Positions 1-10,289 of a DNA stretch of 64,000 nt are shown here, piece after piece. Where the stretch lies: NCBI GenBank assembly GCA_041737125.1, contig JBGSSJ010000013.1, forward strand, positions 6,236 through 70,235. Reading direction: 5' to 3'. Under the pieces are notes generated by a model. The model saw only the letters and a list, made by a program, of their open reading frames with translations, was not told the origin of the DNA and made no database searches. Source of the stretch: Minisyncoccia bacterium (GTDB taxonomy: Bacteria > Patescibacteriota > Minisyncoccia > Phycocordibacterales > UBA9973). Within the stretch, counting starts at the first letter, position 1. Every line of letters starts with the position of its first letter. A program made the translations under genes and the position numbers.

Positions 1-895
1 CTGGTGTGCCTACCGGTGCTCTAAAGTCCGTCCCATAGTGGAACCTGCCCCACCTAGGACCAAAAGGTGATGTCATAAAAGGAGTTTTTACTGGAAAAGA
101 AAGTACACCAGAGCCTGCTTTGGGTAAGCTATTTGGATCTAGTATAAATTGAAGTTTTGCTTCGTAATCGTCTAGCTCTTTCTCGAAAGTATCCTTAAGT
201 TTTTGGCGTTCAGCTAGAAGCTTCTTATACTCGGATTCTTTATTCTTGGTTTGTGATAGTAATGTATCCTTCTCTTTTTTAGTTACATCGATTACAACTT
301 TCTTACCAGTTAGTGTTTGCTTTAATTCTGATAAATTCTTATACTCAACTTCCTTCTTATCTTTTGTAATATCTAATTCAACTTTCTGTTTATTTATCTC
401 TCTTATATTCACACGCACTTGTTCATTCAAAGCAATGATATTATTATACTCCCTCGTCATTTCACTTATGTCTTCTTCTGCGAGTATGCGCTCTAGTGGT
501 GTGATATTGTCATAAGTATCTAAAGTGCGGAACATTTTTCCTAACAGTAAACGTGATTGTTGTATAGTTCTTTCTTTATCTGTTATATCTTCATCTATAT
601 TTTTAATAACCAGATTTGTTGCTGTAATCTTCTTCTGTGTTTGTTCTAATTCTTTGGTCAGTTTAGTACGAGTAAGATTAAGTTCAGCTACAATCTTTGC
701 CAGGCTGTTTGCTTCGCCACTTGTAGTAGTTATCTTGTCTTGATACTGTTTTATTTCACGATCGAGGGCCTCTATCTGTGAATTTATGTCATTTATCTGC
801 CTCTTCACACTCTCTGCAGTATCAGCAAATAAACTATGTGAAGTAAATCCACATAATATAATAAAAATTACAATAATTATTTTCTTCGAATGCAT
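1..895 (-). CDS. M23-family peptidase with long N-terminal coiled coil (EnvC/LytM-like); partial, C-terminus lies off the left edge
   Basis: Read by hand from the minus strand. ATG at 893-895, signal-like N-terminus MHSKKIIIVIFIILCGFTSHSLFA, about 250 aa rich in K/E/L heptads, then an M23 signature ...FGPRWGRFHYGTDFRAPVGTP at the window edge. Absent from the ORF track because it is truncated. Confidence 0.6.
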   Translation of the reverse strand, partial: MHSKKIIIVIFIILCGFTSHSLFADTAESVKRQINDINSQIEALDREIKQYQDKITTTSGEANSLAKIVAELNLTRTKLTKELEQTQKKITATNLVIKNIDEDITDKERTIQQSRLLLGKMFRTLDTYDNITPLERILAEEDISEMTREYNNIIALNEQVRVNIREINKQKVELDITKDKKEVEYKNLSELKQTLTGKKVVIDVTKKEKDTLLSQTKNKESEYKKLLAERQKLKDTFEKELDDYEAKLQFILDPNSLPKAGSGVLSFPVKTPFMTSPFGPRWGRFHYGTDFRAPVGTP

Positions 896-913
896 TAGCT
901 CTAGTATACTACA

Positions 914-2395
914 TTATTTACCAAGTAACGAAATAGCATTACGAAGTCTATCTATACTTTCTTCCTTACCGAAAATTTCAAGCAAAGTAAATGGATCAGG
1001 TGATTTATCAAGCCCAGAGAGAGCGTATCTGATCGGCCAGAGTATGTCACCACGACCTACTTCCTCGGCATATGGCCAGAGCTTTTCTTTAATTTTATCT
1101 TTCATAAAGTCGCTATCTGTTATATCTGTAAGTAAAGATACTGCATGCACAAGGTAGTTTGCCAATAATTCATATTTGTTGTCCTCCGGAATTTTTGAAT
1201 TTTTGAAAAATAATGCATCCTTATCATAAACAGGCTTACCAAAGAAGTATGTAAGCTCACCATCTTCTGCCATCTTCACTATGTCGCTACCTTTCGCAAT
1301 TCTTTCCATTATTACAGGAGTAATATTATGAATTATTGTATTCGTATAGGTCGGCAATTTCTTCAAACTATCAGGTATAAATTTACTTATGTACTCCTCT
1401 TGTTCCTCATAAGAAAGCTTCTTTAAATGCTCACGATTTATCCAATCAAGCTTCTCTACATTAAATCCGCCGCCTGAGTGATGTATGCGTGATATATCGA
1501 AACTTTGGATAAATTCTTCTGATGTAAATATTTCTCGTTCGTCACCTGGATTCCATCCTATAAATACAAGAAAGTTAAGCATAGCTTCTGGGAGGTATCC
1601 TTCGGCTTTATAATCGAGTATGTCTTTTGCCCCATCACGCTTACCGAGCTTCTTCTTACCATCCGGAGCCATAATTGGTGGAAGTGTTACGAATACTGGA
1701 GGAGTGATTTCTAGAGCTTCGTATAAAGCAAGAAATTTCGGTGTAGAAGCGATGAATTCATCTGCTCGCATTATATGAGTCACCCCCATTTCTAAGTCAT
1801 CAATCATATGAGATAGATTATAGGTAGGATATCCATCGCTCTTTATAAGTATAAAGTCATCAAGTGCTTCAGTACCTGCAGAAAGTGATCCATAAACAAC
1901 ATCATTCCATTGATATGATTTAATATTAGTTACTTTAAATCGCAGTGGTTGTGTCCCATCCCACTTCGGAGGATTTTCTGGTCTATGATCTCTGAATAGG
2001 AACGGTCGCTTTTCCTCTTGTGCTTTTTGCCTAAATGCTTCGACTTCTTCTGTGGTATATGGATCAGCATAAGCCAAACCTTTATCTACTAAAATCTGAG
2101 CGTATTTTCTGTATGAAGCAAGCCTTTTAGACTGTAGATAAGGTCCATTTGGCCCGCCGATATCGACTCCTTCATTCCAAGTCACACCCACCCATTTTAA
2201 TGATTCAATGATATGGTCAATTGAGCCCTCTACTTCACGAGCTTTATCTGTATCTTCTATACGTAAAATAAAAGTACCATTATGTTTACGTGCATATGCC
2301 CAAGCATAAAGAGCAGTACGAACACCACCAATATGTAGGTACCCTGTGGGGCTCGGAGCGAAACGTGTTACAATTTTTTTATTTTCTGTATTCAT
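914..2395 (-). CDS. gltX: glutamyl-tRNA synthetase
   Basis: 493 aa. Class I HIGH motif (PSPTGYLHIGG) and a KMSKS-like KLGKRDG. N-terminus is typical of GluRS. Confidence 0.9.
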   Translation of the reverse strand: MNTENKKIVTRFAPSPTGYLHIGGVRTALYAWAYARKHNGTFILRIEDTDKAREVEGSIDHIIESLKWVGVTWNEGVDIGGPNGPYLQSKRLASYRKYAQILVDKGLAYADPYTTEEVEAFRQKAQEEKRPFLFRDHRPENPPKWDGTQPLRFKVTNIKSYQWNDVVYGSLSAGTEALDDFILIKSDGYPTYNLSHMIDDLEMGVTHIMRADEFIASTPKFLALYEALEITPPVFVTLPPIMAPDGKKKLGKRDGAKDILDYKAEGYLPEAMLNFLVFIGWNPGDEREIFTSEEFIQSFDISRIHHSGGGFNVEKLDWINREHLKKLSYEEQEEYISKFIPDSLKKLPTYTNTIIHNITPVIMERIAKGSDIVKMAEDGELTYFFGKPVYDKDALFFKNSKIPEDNKYELLANYLVHAVSLLTDITDSDFMKDKIKEKLWPYAEEVGRGDILWPIRYALSGLDKSPDPFTLLEIFGKEESIDRLRNAISLLGK

Positions 2396-2400
2396 ATATA

Positions 2401-3528
2401 TTATGATTCATGAGAAAGTACTATATCCATAGCAGCCCTTGCAATCTTATAGCTTGCATCAGGTGAAGAGAAGGCGATAGCATTATTCTTCATCTTGGCT
2501 AATCGTTCTTTGTCATTAATTAATTTATCAATTTCTGCTATAAGTACATGATCTGTTAGATTATTCTCTTCTATTACTTCTGCGGCACCAGCGCGAGCGT
2601 AGGAGAAAGCATTCTTCATCTGATGATTACCATTGGAATTCGTAATAGGAATAATAATAGAAGGCACACCCCAGGATGCGATTTCAAATATCGATGATCC
2701 TGCACGACCAATAATAATAGTTGCTATACCCGAAGCCATACGGATGTTTATATTATTAAGGTACGGCATAGGTTTATATCTAGAAATATTTTTATTATTC
2801 TCGAGGATTAATTTTGATCGAGATACGACATCTTCATATTGTTTAGGGCCAGTCTGATGTATTATCTGATACTTTGAGAGTAGATTAGGAAGAGTGTTTA
2901 TAATTGCATCATTAATAATTTCTGCTCCTTGTGAGCCACAATAAATAAAAATTACCGGTAAACTCGGAATAAATTGAAATGCTTCATAAGCTCCGTTTGG
3001 ATCACCGTGCATTATCGCCTTCCTTATTGGCTGACCTGTCACTGCGACTTTATCTTGTGGTAATAATTCCCCTGCTTCTGGCCAAGACACTGCAACTTTT
3101 TTTGCGAACTTAGCTGTCCATGCATTCAGTCTACCTGGGAATGAATCTGACTCATGAACAATCACAGGTATGCGTAGCAACTTTGCCGCAAATACTGCTG
3201 GGAATGCGGCATATCCACCCTTTGATACAACAACATCAGGATAAATGAAGAACATGGTTAGTAATCCAAAGAATGCTCCAGTAGCTGTTTTAAATAAATC
3301 AAAAAAGTTTCTTATAGAGAAGTATAGGCGCATTTTCCCTGTCGGTATCTGTACAAAGTTTATCCTATTCTCAAAAAGCATCCTTTTATCATAGGGATCA
3401 TCTGACATATAGTAAAGTTTAAAATCAACGATCTTCTCTTTGTGAGCGATTTCATTCAACTCCTCTGCTATAGCAATTATGGGGTAGAAATGTCCACCTG
3501 TTCCTCCTCCTGTAAGTAATACTTTCAT
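2401..3528 (-). CDS. murG: UDP-GlcNAc:lipid I N-acetylglucosaminyltransferase MurG
   Basis: MKVLLTGGGTGGHFYPIIAIAEEL G-loop and GT28 C-terminal domain. Adjacent to ftsW and mraY. Confidence 0.9.
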   Translation of the reverse strand: MKVLLTGGGTGGHFYPIIAIAEELNEIAHKEKIVDFKLYYMSDDPYDKRMLFENRINFVQIPTGKMRLYFSIRNFFDLFKTATGAFFGLLTMFFIYPDVVVSKGGYAAFPAVFAAKLLRIPVIVHESDSFPGRLNAWTAKFAKKVAVSWPEAGELLPQDKVAVTGQPIRKAIMHGDPNGAYEAFQFIPSLPVIFIYCGSQGAEIINDAIINTLPNLLSKYQIIHQTGPKQYEDVVSRSKLILENNKNISRYKPMPYLNNINIRMASGIATIIIGRAGSSIFEIASWGVPSIIIPITNSNGNHQMKNAFSYARAGAAEVIEENNLTDHVLIAEIDKLINDKERLAKMKNNAIAFSSPDASYKIARAAMDIVLSHES

Positions 3529-3566
3529 ATTTTATATTGTAGCTTATTTTTTATTACTTTTCTAGT

Positions 3567-4682
3567 TTACTTTTTGGAATCCTCTATCTTCTTCGTAGAA
3601 CTAGAGATATTAAGAATAATACCAATAATCCCAAGTGACAATAGTAATGCTGTTCCTCCATGGCTTATAAAGACAAGCGGTACACCCGTCAACGGAAAAA
3701 CTCCTATGATGGATGCGATATTCATAAAGGATTGCAAAGTTACCATAGTGATAAACCCGATAACAAGTAATTTAGAGAACGAATCTGGTGCAAAATATGC
3801 AATCTTGTAGCCTCTAAGTGCAAAAGCAACATAGAATAATATAATAATCATAGCTCCGACAAACCCAAGCTCCTCGCCTATAACTGCGAATATTGAGTCA
3901 CCTTGTGGTTCGGGCAAATAATTAAATTTCTGAATACTTTGCCCCAAGCCTCGGCCGAATACTCCACCAGAACCTATAGCAATTAATGATTGCTGAAGTT
4001 GGTATGAAGTAGTACTCCCATTTTGGCTAGGATTTATGAAAGTATTTATTCTATCCATCAGGTATGGCTTAAACGAAACTAATATAGCGAAACCTATGAC
4101 ACCAACTACAAGTATGCCGAATATATATCTATATGGAAGTCCTGAAACGAAAAGCATAGTCACCCCGGTGAGCAATATAAGTATAATACTCTTTGTATCA
4201 GGTTGATTTACTAATACTACAGTAATGATGCCGAGGAGTATCAATAGCGGTATAATACTAAATCTAATATCCGCAATTCTGTTCTTTGCCCACGATAACC
4301 ACGCAGCAAAATATATAATGAATCCAATTTTCAGGAATTCAACAGGCTGGAATGATACACCAAGTACGTTAATCCATCTACGAGCACCTCCGTGCATAGA
4401 ACCAAGTCCAGGCACAAATACTAGGCAAGTAAGTATTATAGAAATTATAAAAAGAGGCAAAGAATAATCTCTCCAGAATTTATATGGAATCTTCATACCG
4501 AAATATAATGCCACGAGCCCTCCTCCCAAGCCTAGGATGAATTGAGCAAATATTACGCTGTAGAACTTGGCTTCATTCTTGGCCAAGATACCGAGAGATG
4601 CCGACGTAAACATAACCGCACCTGTAACTACAAGTGCGATAACAATACCAAAAAATACTTTATCTATGCTTTTCTTTTTCAT
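3567..4682 (-). CDS. ftsW: SEDS-family peptidoglycan polymerase / lipid II flippase (FtsW/RodA)
   Basis: 371 aa polytopic membrane protein with SEDS-like conserved blocks. Sits in the mraY-ftsW-murG order. Confidence 0.8.
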   Translation of the reverse strand: MKKKSIDKVFFGIVIALVVTGAVMFTSASLGILAKNEAKFYSVIFAQFILGLGGGLVALYFGMKIPYKFWRDYSLPLFIISIILTCLVFVPGLGSMHGGARRWINVLGVSFQPVEFLKIGFIIYFAAWLSWAKNRIADIRFSIIPLLILLGIITVVLVNQPDTKSIILILLTGVTMLFVSGLPYRYIFGILVVGVIGFAILVSFKPYLMDRINTFINPSQNGSTTSYQLQQSLIAIGSGGVFGRGLGQSIQKFNYLPEPQGDSIFAVIGEELGFVGAMIIILFYVAFALRGYKIAYFAPDSFSKLLVIGFITMVTLQSFMNIASIIGVFPLTGVPLVFISHGGTALLLSLGIIGIILNISSSTKKIEDSKK

Positions 4683-5731
4683 TAACTAATTATAGATAAG
4701 ATAACTCCCATCATTGAAGTAATAACTCCGACAATCCAGTATCGCATAGTCACTTTATATTTCGGCCAACCTAGTGCTTCAAAGTGGTGGTGAAGCGGAG
4801 CAAAAAGGAAAACTTTCTTCCCATTACGGAATCTTCTTGATGCCATTTGTATAATATCTGAAACTGCAGTTATAAATAGTGGGAATGCGATTATAGGTAG
4901 GAGTAGAACTGTATCAGTAAGGAATGCAATTACTGCAAGTGTCACAGTGAGTCCGATCATACCAGTCTCACCCATGTAGAAGCGTGCAGGTGGAATATTA
5001 AACCAAAGGAATGCGAGTATACCTCCAGTGATAACAGCACAAAATGCGGCGATATTTATCTGATTGCCGAATAATGCAATAAGAGTATAGCTCCCGAATA
5101 TAGGTGCCAATACTCCACCCGCTAATCCATCTAGGCCGTCGATGACACTAGTAGACCATACACCGAACATGATTAGAATAAAAAAAGGAATAAATAAAAG
5201 TCCCAAGTGCACAAATCCAAGCCAAGGTATATATATCTCAGCTATGCCTAGTTTAAAGTAGAACCATAAAGCAATAACGAGCCCGAGTAGTAAAATAATT
5301 CCTACTTTAATATAGCGAAGTAGTATCGGATCTGATGTCCACTTACCTGTACCGAATATCTGCAAGAAATCATCCCATAGTCCCACAAGTGAAGCGAGTA
5401 TTAAAGTAAACAAAGGTAGAACTGTCTGACTGCGACTAATGAAGTAAAGTTTATTTGTTAAGCTATTATTAAATAGAAAATCAATAACACCTAGTAAGAA
5501 AATAGTTATAATAACCGAAATCCATATAATCATCCCACCTGTGCGTGGAGTGGAAGTCTCGGCAACGCCATCATTTATCTCACCGAATTTACCGACGGCT
5601 ACATTGCTGACTCGAGAAACTTTGCGCCACATTTTATATTTATAGAAATAGTGTGTAGCAATAGGTGTCAGGACAATACCCACAATGAAGCTAATAGTTG
5701 CCGGAAGTAATATTTTTACAGCATTAATCAT
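4682..5731 (-). CDS. mraY: phospho-N-acetylmuramoyl-pentapeptide transferase MraY
   Basis: Polytopic protein. C-terminal FAPLHHHFEALGWPKYKV block is characteristic of MraY. Confidence 0.9.
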   Translation of the reverse strand: MINAVKILLPATISFIVGIVLTPIATHYFYKYKMWRKVSRVSNVAVGKFGEINDGVAETSTPRTGGMIIWISVIITIFLLGVIDFLFNNSLTNKLYFISRSQTVLPLFTLILASLVGLWDDFLQIFGTGKWTSDPILLRYIKVGIILLLGLVIALWFYFKLGIAEIYIPWLGFVHLGLLFIPFFILIMFGVWSTSVIDGLDGLAGGVLAPIFGSYTLIALFGNQINIAAFCAVITGGILAFLWFNIPPARFYMGETGMIGLTVTLAVIAFLTDTVLLLPIIAFPLFITAVSDIIQMASRRFRNGKKVFLFAPLHHHFEALGWPKYKVTMRYWIVGVITSMMGVILSIIS

Positions 5732-6269
5732 GGTTTTCTTCGTTTTGATTTATAACTTTTTCTAATTCTGTTATGGTCACTTCATAATTCGGAAGTTCAG
5801 AGATGTGTGCTACACCCATAAATGACAAAGTCTCAAAAGTAGGTCTGTATAGTATTTTCCTACTATCTTTTGTATCTGTTACTTTCTCTACAAGTCCGCG
5901 GACAAGTAAGTTCCTGAGTATAAAACTAGAGTTTACTCCACGGATATAATCTATCTCACTTCGGGATACTCCATTCTTGTATAAAACAATAGACAAAGTT
6001 TCAAGTGAAGCTTTCGATAGCTCACGAGTGACTTCATCTTTCCTTATGGACTCTATAATAGGACTAAGCTCTCTTGATATACCGAGCACTACGGAATCAT
6101 CCTTCTCTACGAGGACGAGTCCTCTGCCGGCGAGAGACAATTTAAGCTTATCTATACCCTCTTTGATTTCCACTTCGCTTACTTTCAAAAGTTCTGCAAG
6201 TTTCCCCACAGTTACATCCTCACCTTTATAAAAAAGTAGTCCTTCAATTTTGGATTCTAGTGGCATCAT
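5724..6269 (-). CDS. scpB: segregation and condensation protein B
   Basis: 181 aa. N-terminus IEGLLFYKGEDVTVGKLAELLKVSEVEI and tandem winged helices. Lies downstream of scpA. Confidence 0.85.
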   Translation of the reverse strand: MMPLESKIEGLLFYKGEDVTVGKLAELLKVSEVEIKEGIDKLKLSLAGRGLVLVEKDDSVVLGISRELSPIIESIRKDEVTRELSKASLETLSIVLYKNGVSRSEIDYIRGVNSSFILRNLLVRGLVEKVTDTKDSRKILYRPTFETLSFMGVAHISELPNYEVTITELEKVINQNEENHD

Positions 6270-6272
6270 AAT

Positions 6273-7052
6273 TTATATTGCTAAATCTTGGTTAGTAGTA
6301 TCCGGCTTAGTAATTTTAATATCCTCAAATCGTGCTTCTTGCATCACATCTATAATACCCTCACGTACCAATTCTAGCATAGCTAAAAATGAAACGATAA
6401 TATGCACTCGTGCTTCGGTGACATTCGTCGCATTATGACTCTTTGCAAAATCACGGAATGATATATTGATTGCACTCTGTATTCTATCAGTTAAGCTATT
6501 TATAACTTCATCTATGCTTATTATTTTCTTCACTTCTATCTCTGTTAGCTTCTCTTCTTTCTTTGGTAAATTTGAAAGCACACTTGCAATAGACAGACCC
6601 ATTGATTCACTAGTAATAAGTGGATCTGGCGAAAATATGGGCTCACTCCATACACGCTCAAGTGGAGAAAAGATAATTTGTGCACCGAAATTAGTTTTAA
6701 TATCTACACTCGCATTCTTTATAATCTGGTAAAGCTTGAGCCTCTTCTCGAGGTCTGTAATCTTCTCCGTCTCATCTTCAGTCAAAGTTAGATTCGGTAA
6801 GAGAGATTTAGATTTGATAAGTATCAAAGTTGCAGCAACAAGTATGAAATAAGATACATCGGCAATACGCTTCTCTGTCGGAATATCTGAAAGAGATTTA
6901 ATATAGGCTATATAGTCATCGGTCACTTGAGCAAGCGATATCTCATTCACAAAAAGCTTCCTACTCTCTATGAGTGAAAGTAAAAGCTCGAGTGGACCTT
7001 CGAAGCTCCCGGTGCGAACCTTATATACAGATGTAGTATTTTCATCTTGCAT
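6273..7052 (-). CDS. scpA: segregation and condensation protein A
   Basis: 259 aa. The FEGPLELLLSLIESRKL motif is typical of ScpA kleisin. Confidence 0.85.
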   Translation of the reverse strand: MQDENTTSVYKVRTGSFEGPLELLLSLIESRKLFVNEISLAQVTDDYIAYIKSLSDIPTEKRIADVSYFILVAATLILIKSKSLLPNLTLTEDETEKITDLEKRLKLYQIIKNASVDIKTNFGAQIIFSPLERVWSEPIFSPDPLITSESMGLSIASVLSNLPKKEEKLTEIEVKKIISIDEVINSLTDRIQSAINISFRDFAKSHNATNVTEARVHIIVSFLAMLELVREGIIDVMQEARFEDIKITKPDTTNQDLAI

Positions 7053-7053
7053 A

Positions 7054-7506
7054 TTATTCTTTAATTTTATCTGCTATTTTTTTAAGCCCTTCATCATCTG
7101 CTCGCTCATAATCATGACTAGATATATATCCTTCATATTCATTAAAGAATTTAATTGGTTTACCAATTCTCTGTCTCCATTCTTCACCTTTTGTCCCATG
7201 CATTGGGAAAAGCTTCGCATGAATATGATTTACTCCGAAACCTTCAAAAATCATTCCTGTACGCCCCACATCGTCCAACTTATCATCTAATAATTTACCC
7301 ACTTTTTTTGTGGCTAAAACCAATTCACTTAATACATTGTCTGGTAAATCAAATGCGTAGCTATCGTAATGTTCTTTTGTAACAACGACAGAAAAACCTT
7401 CAGTATTAGGGAAAATAGAGAGGAATGCTAAATGCTTCTCATCTTCCCAAATTTTGTAACTTGGCGCCTCACCTTTTACGATTTTACAAAAAATACAGTC
7501 ATCCAT
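7054..7506 (-). CDS. HIT-family hydrolase
   Basis: 150 aa. Histidine triad motif VNHIHAKLFP and an N-terminal CIFCKI zinc-binding start. Confidence 0.8.
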   Translation of the reverse strand: MDDCIFCKIVKGEAPSYKIWEDEKHLAFLSIFPNTEGFSVVVTKEHYDSYAFDLPDNVLSELVLATKKVGKLLDDKLDDVGRTGMIFEGFGVNHIHAKLFPMHGTKGEEWRQRIGKPIKFFNEYEGYISSHDYERADDEGLKKIADKIKE

Positions 7507-7509
7507 AAA

Positions 7510-8877
7510 TTAATATCCTTCGTCTGTTAATCTTTCATCAATTCTATTCATGTCTCTTGGGAACATACATGCTTCGCGGATGTTCTTTAGTCCCAATATT
7601 TGCATTGTTATGCGTTCAGCACCGAAAGCAAATCCACCTTCAGGAGGAACTCCATACTTGAAAGCTTCCAAGAACATTTTAATTTTATTTGGATCCATAT
7701 TCCATATCTTTACATGCTCCATAAGCTGATCATATTCATTAATTCTGCGTCCACCAGAGAGCCACTCTACTCCGCGGCATATGAGGTCCATGCCTTCATT
7801 AACATCTGGATTTTCTTTATTTGGATATATATAGAAAGGTTTCTGACGAGTAGGATAGCCATAGATGAATACGAAATCAGAACCAGTTTCTTCTTTAATG
7901 ATTTCACATATTTCTCTCTCATCTTGGGGATTAGTATCTTTGTCTCCTCGTACATCACGACCAGTTTTCTCGAAAATTTTCTGTTGGACTTCCGCAAGCG
8001 TGAGTGTGGGAGTCTTCTCTATCATCACAGGGAGAGTTGCCCCGAGCAATTTTAGGTGCTCAGCATTCTTTGTTTCAATTTGTTTTAGAATATACTTCAC
8101 TGTATTCTCTGCCATATCTCGGACATCTGTCCATGAATCTATGAATGCCATCTCAGCGTCGAGTGACACTATCTCTGTCAGGTGCCTTGTAGTAGATGAA
8201 GGTTCAGCACGGAAAACTTTATTCACAGAGAAGCATCTCTCAAATGCAGACATTACAATTTGTTTGTATAGTTGTGGAGATTGAGTAAGGAATGCTTTCT
8301 TGTCGAAATAATTTACTTGGAAAACTTCAGCTCCTCCTTCAGCTGTAGCTGGAGTAATAGAAGGTGCTTGGAATTCATAGAAGTTATTCTGCTTCATGAA
8401 CTCACGGAATGAGTCAATGACTGTCTCTTGAACTTTGAATACTGCTTGAACTTTCGGCTGTCTTAAGACAAGTGCTCTATTATCAAGTTCTGTTGTAAGC
8501 TCTAGGTTGTATCCATCAAGTGACATGTCGAAAGGAAGTGGTGCTGCTTGTGCTAGTATTTCTATATTTGTTATCTCAAGCTCTATGTCACCGTTTAGTA
8601 CTCCTTCTTTTATATTCTTCTCTGGTCTTTTATTGACCATACCTGTCACTTTCAGTACCCACTCTGTGCGGACTTCTTTCACTTGCTCCATTGCTTCCGT
8701 ATGACTAGGAAGTACTACGCCTTGAACCTTGCCTGTCATATCACGCATATCCATGAATACAAGCTTACCTTGATCACGACGCACATCTACCCAGCCAGCA
8801 ATAACAACTTCTTGCCCAACATAACTACTCAATTCTTTTATATAAATACGTTTTGTCATATTAAAATACTGTATCAC
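7510..8877 (-). CDS. class IIb aminoacyl-tRNA synthetase, archaeal/eukaryal-type Asp- or Asn-tRNA ligase
   Basis: 455 aa. N-terminal OB fold, motif 2 FRAEPSSTTRHLTEIVSLDAEM, motif 3 GGFAFGAERITMQILGLKNIREACMFPRD. AspRS and AsnRS cannot be separated by eye. Confidence 0.8.
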   Translation of the reverse strand: MIQYFNMTKRIYIKELSSYVGQEVVIAGWVDVRRDQGKLVFMDMRDMTGKVQGVVLPSHTEAMEQVKEVRTEWVLKVTGMVNKRPEKNIKEGVLNGDIELEITNIEILAQAAPLPFDMSLDGYNLELTTELDNRALVLRQPKVQAVFKVQETVIDSFREFMKQNNFYEFQAPSITPATAEGGAEVFQVNYFDKKAFLTQSPQLYKQIVMSAFERCFSVNKVFRAEPSSTTRHLTEIVSLDAEMAFIDSWTDVRDMAENTVKYILKQIETKNAEHLKLLGATLPVMIEKTPTLTLAEVQQKIFEKTGRDVRGDKDTNPQDEREICEIIKEETGSDFVFIYGYPTRQKPFYIYPNKENPDVNEGMDLICRGVEWLSGGRRINEYDQLMEHVKIWNMDPNKIKMFLEAFKYGVPPEGGFAFGAERITMQILGLKNIREACMFPRDMNRIDERLTDEGY

Positions 8878-8896
8878 AAAAGTGACAATTTAATTA

Positions 8897-9169
8897 TTAA
8901 TGTATATCCATTGCTATTAAGAACTCATAAGGAACAGACACAATGAAAGTAATAAACACAAGTATCCAGTAGAATGGAGTAAAAAGATAGAATACTACCT
9001 TATCCTCTTTCTTTATCCTAAAATACCATTTCTGCACAGCTGTATTGAAATTATTAAGTGGCATATAAATAACCCCTACAACAAGCGTAAGAATAATGCG
9101 AACAATCTTCACTGTCTTAATTACAATATAGATTCCTATTATTATAAGTATTGTTGTAATTATATTCAT
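8897..9169 (-). CDS. small hydrophobic membrane protein (hypothetical)
   Basis: 90 aa with two predicted TM helices. Lies between trpS and aspS in the same orientation. Confidence 0.3.
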   Translation of the reverse strand: MNIITTILIIIGIYIVIKTVKIVRIILTLVVGVIYMPLNNFNTAVQKWYFRIKKEDKVVFYLFTPFYWILVFITFIVSVPYEFLIAMDIH

Positions 9170-9172
9170 AAA

Positions 9173-10162
9173 TTAAAAGTCTACACCCACACGCATGCGT
9201 ACAAATTTCATTTTAGCTTCTGCTATTTCTTTTGCTTTCAAACCACCATTTTTCAATATTTCTTTTACTTTATACAAATCTTGTTCGAGTTCTCGTCTCT
9301 TTTCTCGCATAGGACTTATAAAATTTATTATTTCTTCATATAGCATATCTTTCGATTCTTTATATCCTAGTCCACCTTTTTTATATCTATTACTGAGTTC
9401 CTCAAGTGGTGCACCTTGCAGGAATAATTTATGAAGAGCGAATATGTTACAGGCATTGGGATCTTTCGGCTCGTCTGGGGCTTTCGAATCGGTGACTATA
9501 CTCATGATTGCTTTCCTAATCTCTTCATCTGTGCCAAATAGTGGAATCGTATTACCGTAACTTTTACTCATCTTGCGTCCATCAGTGCCTGGAACAACAG
9601 CGACATTATCTAAAATCATTGGTTCAGGTAATTTGAAAGTCTCACCAAATGTGTTGTTGAACTTCTGAGCTGTGTCGCGAGCGTATTCTACGTGCTGTTT
9701 CTGATCCGCTCCTACTGGTACTACATCTGCATCTTGTATTAAAATATCCGCAGACATAAGCATTGGATAATCAAATAATCCCACTGTCACTTCTTTAGCT
9801 TTCTGATTCGCATCTTTATATGCTGTCGCTCTTTCAAGATATGCCATGGTAGTAATACAATTAAAATACCAAGCAAGCTCTGTAACTTCTGGAGCATCAG
9901 ACTGTTTGAATATAATAACTTTTTCTGGATCAAGACCTACTGCAAGATAATCCATGGCTATATTCAATATACCTGAGGACAATTTCGCTTTGTCTTGAAC
10001 AGTGGTCATTGCGTGTAAATCCACTATTATGACACGAGTTTCGTATTCATCCTGCATTTCAACAAACTGCTTAAGAGCACCGAAATAGTTCCCAATATGC
10101 ATAGTGCCTGAAGGTTGGATACCTGAAAGTAATATCTTTTTCATATAAGCCCATAATACCAA
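9173..10162 (-). CDS. trpS: tryptophanyl-tRNA synthetase
   Basis: Carries IQPSGTMHIGNYFGA (HIGH) and KMSKSYGN motifs. Size is right for TrpRS. The true start is probably the internal MKKILL. Confidence 0.9.
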   Translation of the reverse strand: MVLWAYMKKILLSGIQPSGTMHIGNYFGALKQFVEMQDEYETRVIIVDLHAMTTVQDKAKLSSGILNIAMDYLAVGLDPEKVIIFKQSDAPEVTELAWYFNCITTMAYLERATAYKDANQKAKEVTVGLFDYPMLMSADILIQDADVVPVGADQKQHVEYARDTAQKFNNTFGETFKLPEPMILDNVAVVPGTDGRKMSKSYGNTIPLFGTDEEIRKAIMSIVTDSKAPDEPKDPNACNIFALHKLFLQGAPLEELSNRYKKGGLGYKESKDMLYEEIINFISPMREKRRELEQDLYKVKEILKNGGLKAKEIAEAKMKFVRMRVGVDF

Positions 10163-10289
10163 AAAACGACGAGTTTTGCACCCGCCTATGCCAAAGCTCC
10201 GGACGGGCAGGCATTTATCCAGATTTTCTCCACATAGTTATGCAAAATGTACAGTTTTTTAAAATTGACACTGTGATACAATACTTCCT

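Noticed and set aside
246-1157. Plus-strand ORFs 246..515, 525..743 and 786..1157
   Set aside because: They are antisense to the hand-verified minus-strand M23 peptidase gene (<1..895) and to the gltX 3' end. The low-complexity S/F/L-rich translations are typical of antisense frames in AT-rich DNA.
2633-2857. Plus-strand 74-aa ORF inside murG
   Set aside because: It is nested antisense within a well-supported murG CDS.
10163-10289. GC-rich patch (cacccgcctatgccaaagctccggacgggcagg) considered as a tRNA or small RNA in the trpS–dnaB spacer
   Set aside because: There is no cloverleaf and no T-loop GTTCRA or acceptor pairing. The stem is imperfect, only 5-6 bp. The region is more likely a divergent promoter; a TTGACA / TGnTACAAT-like pair precedes dnaB.
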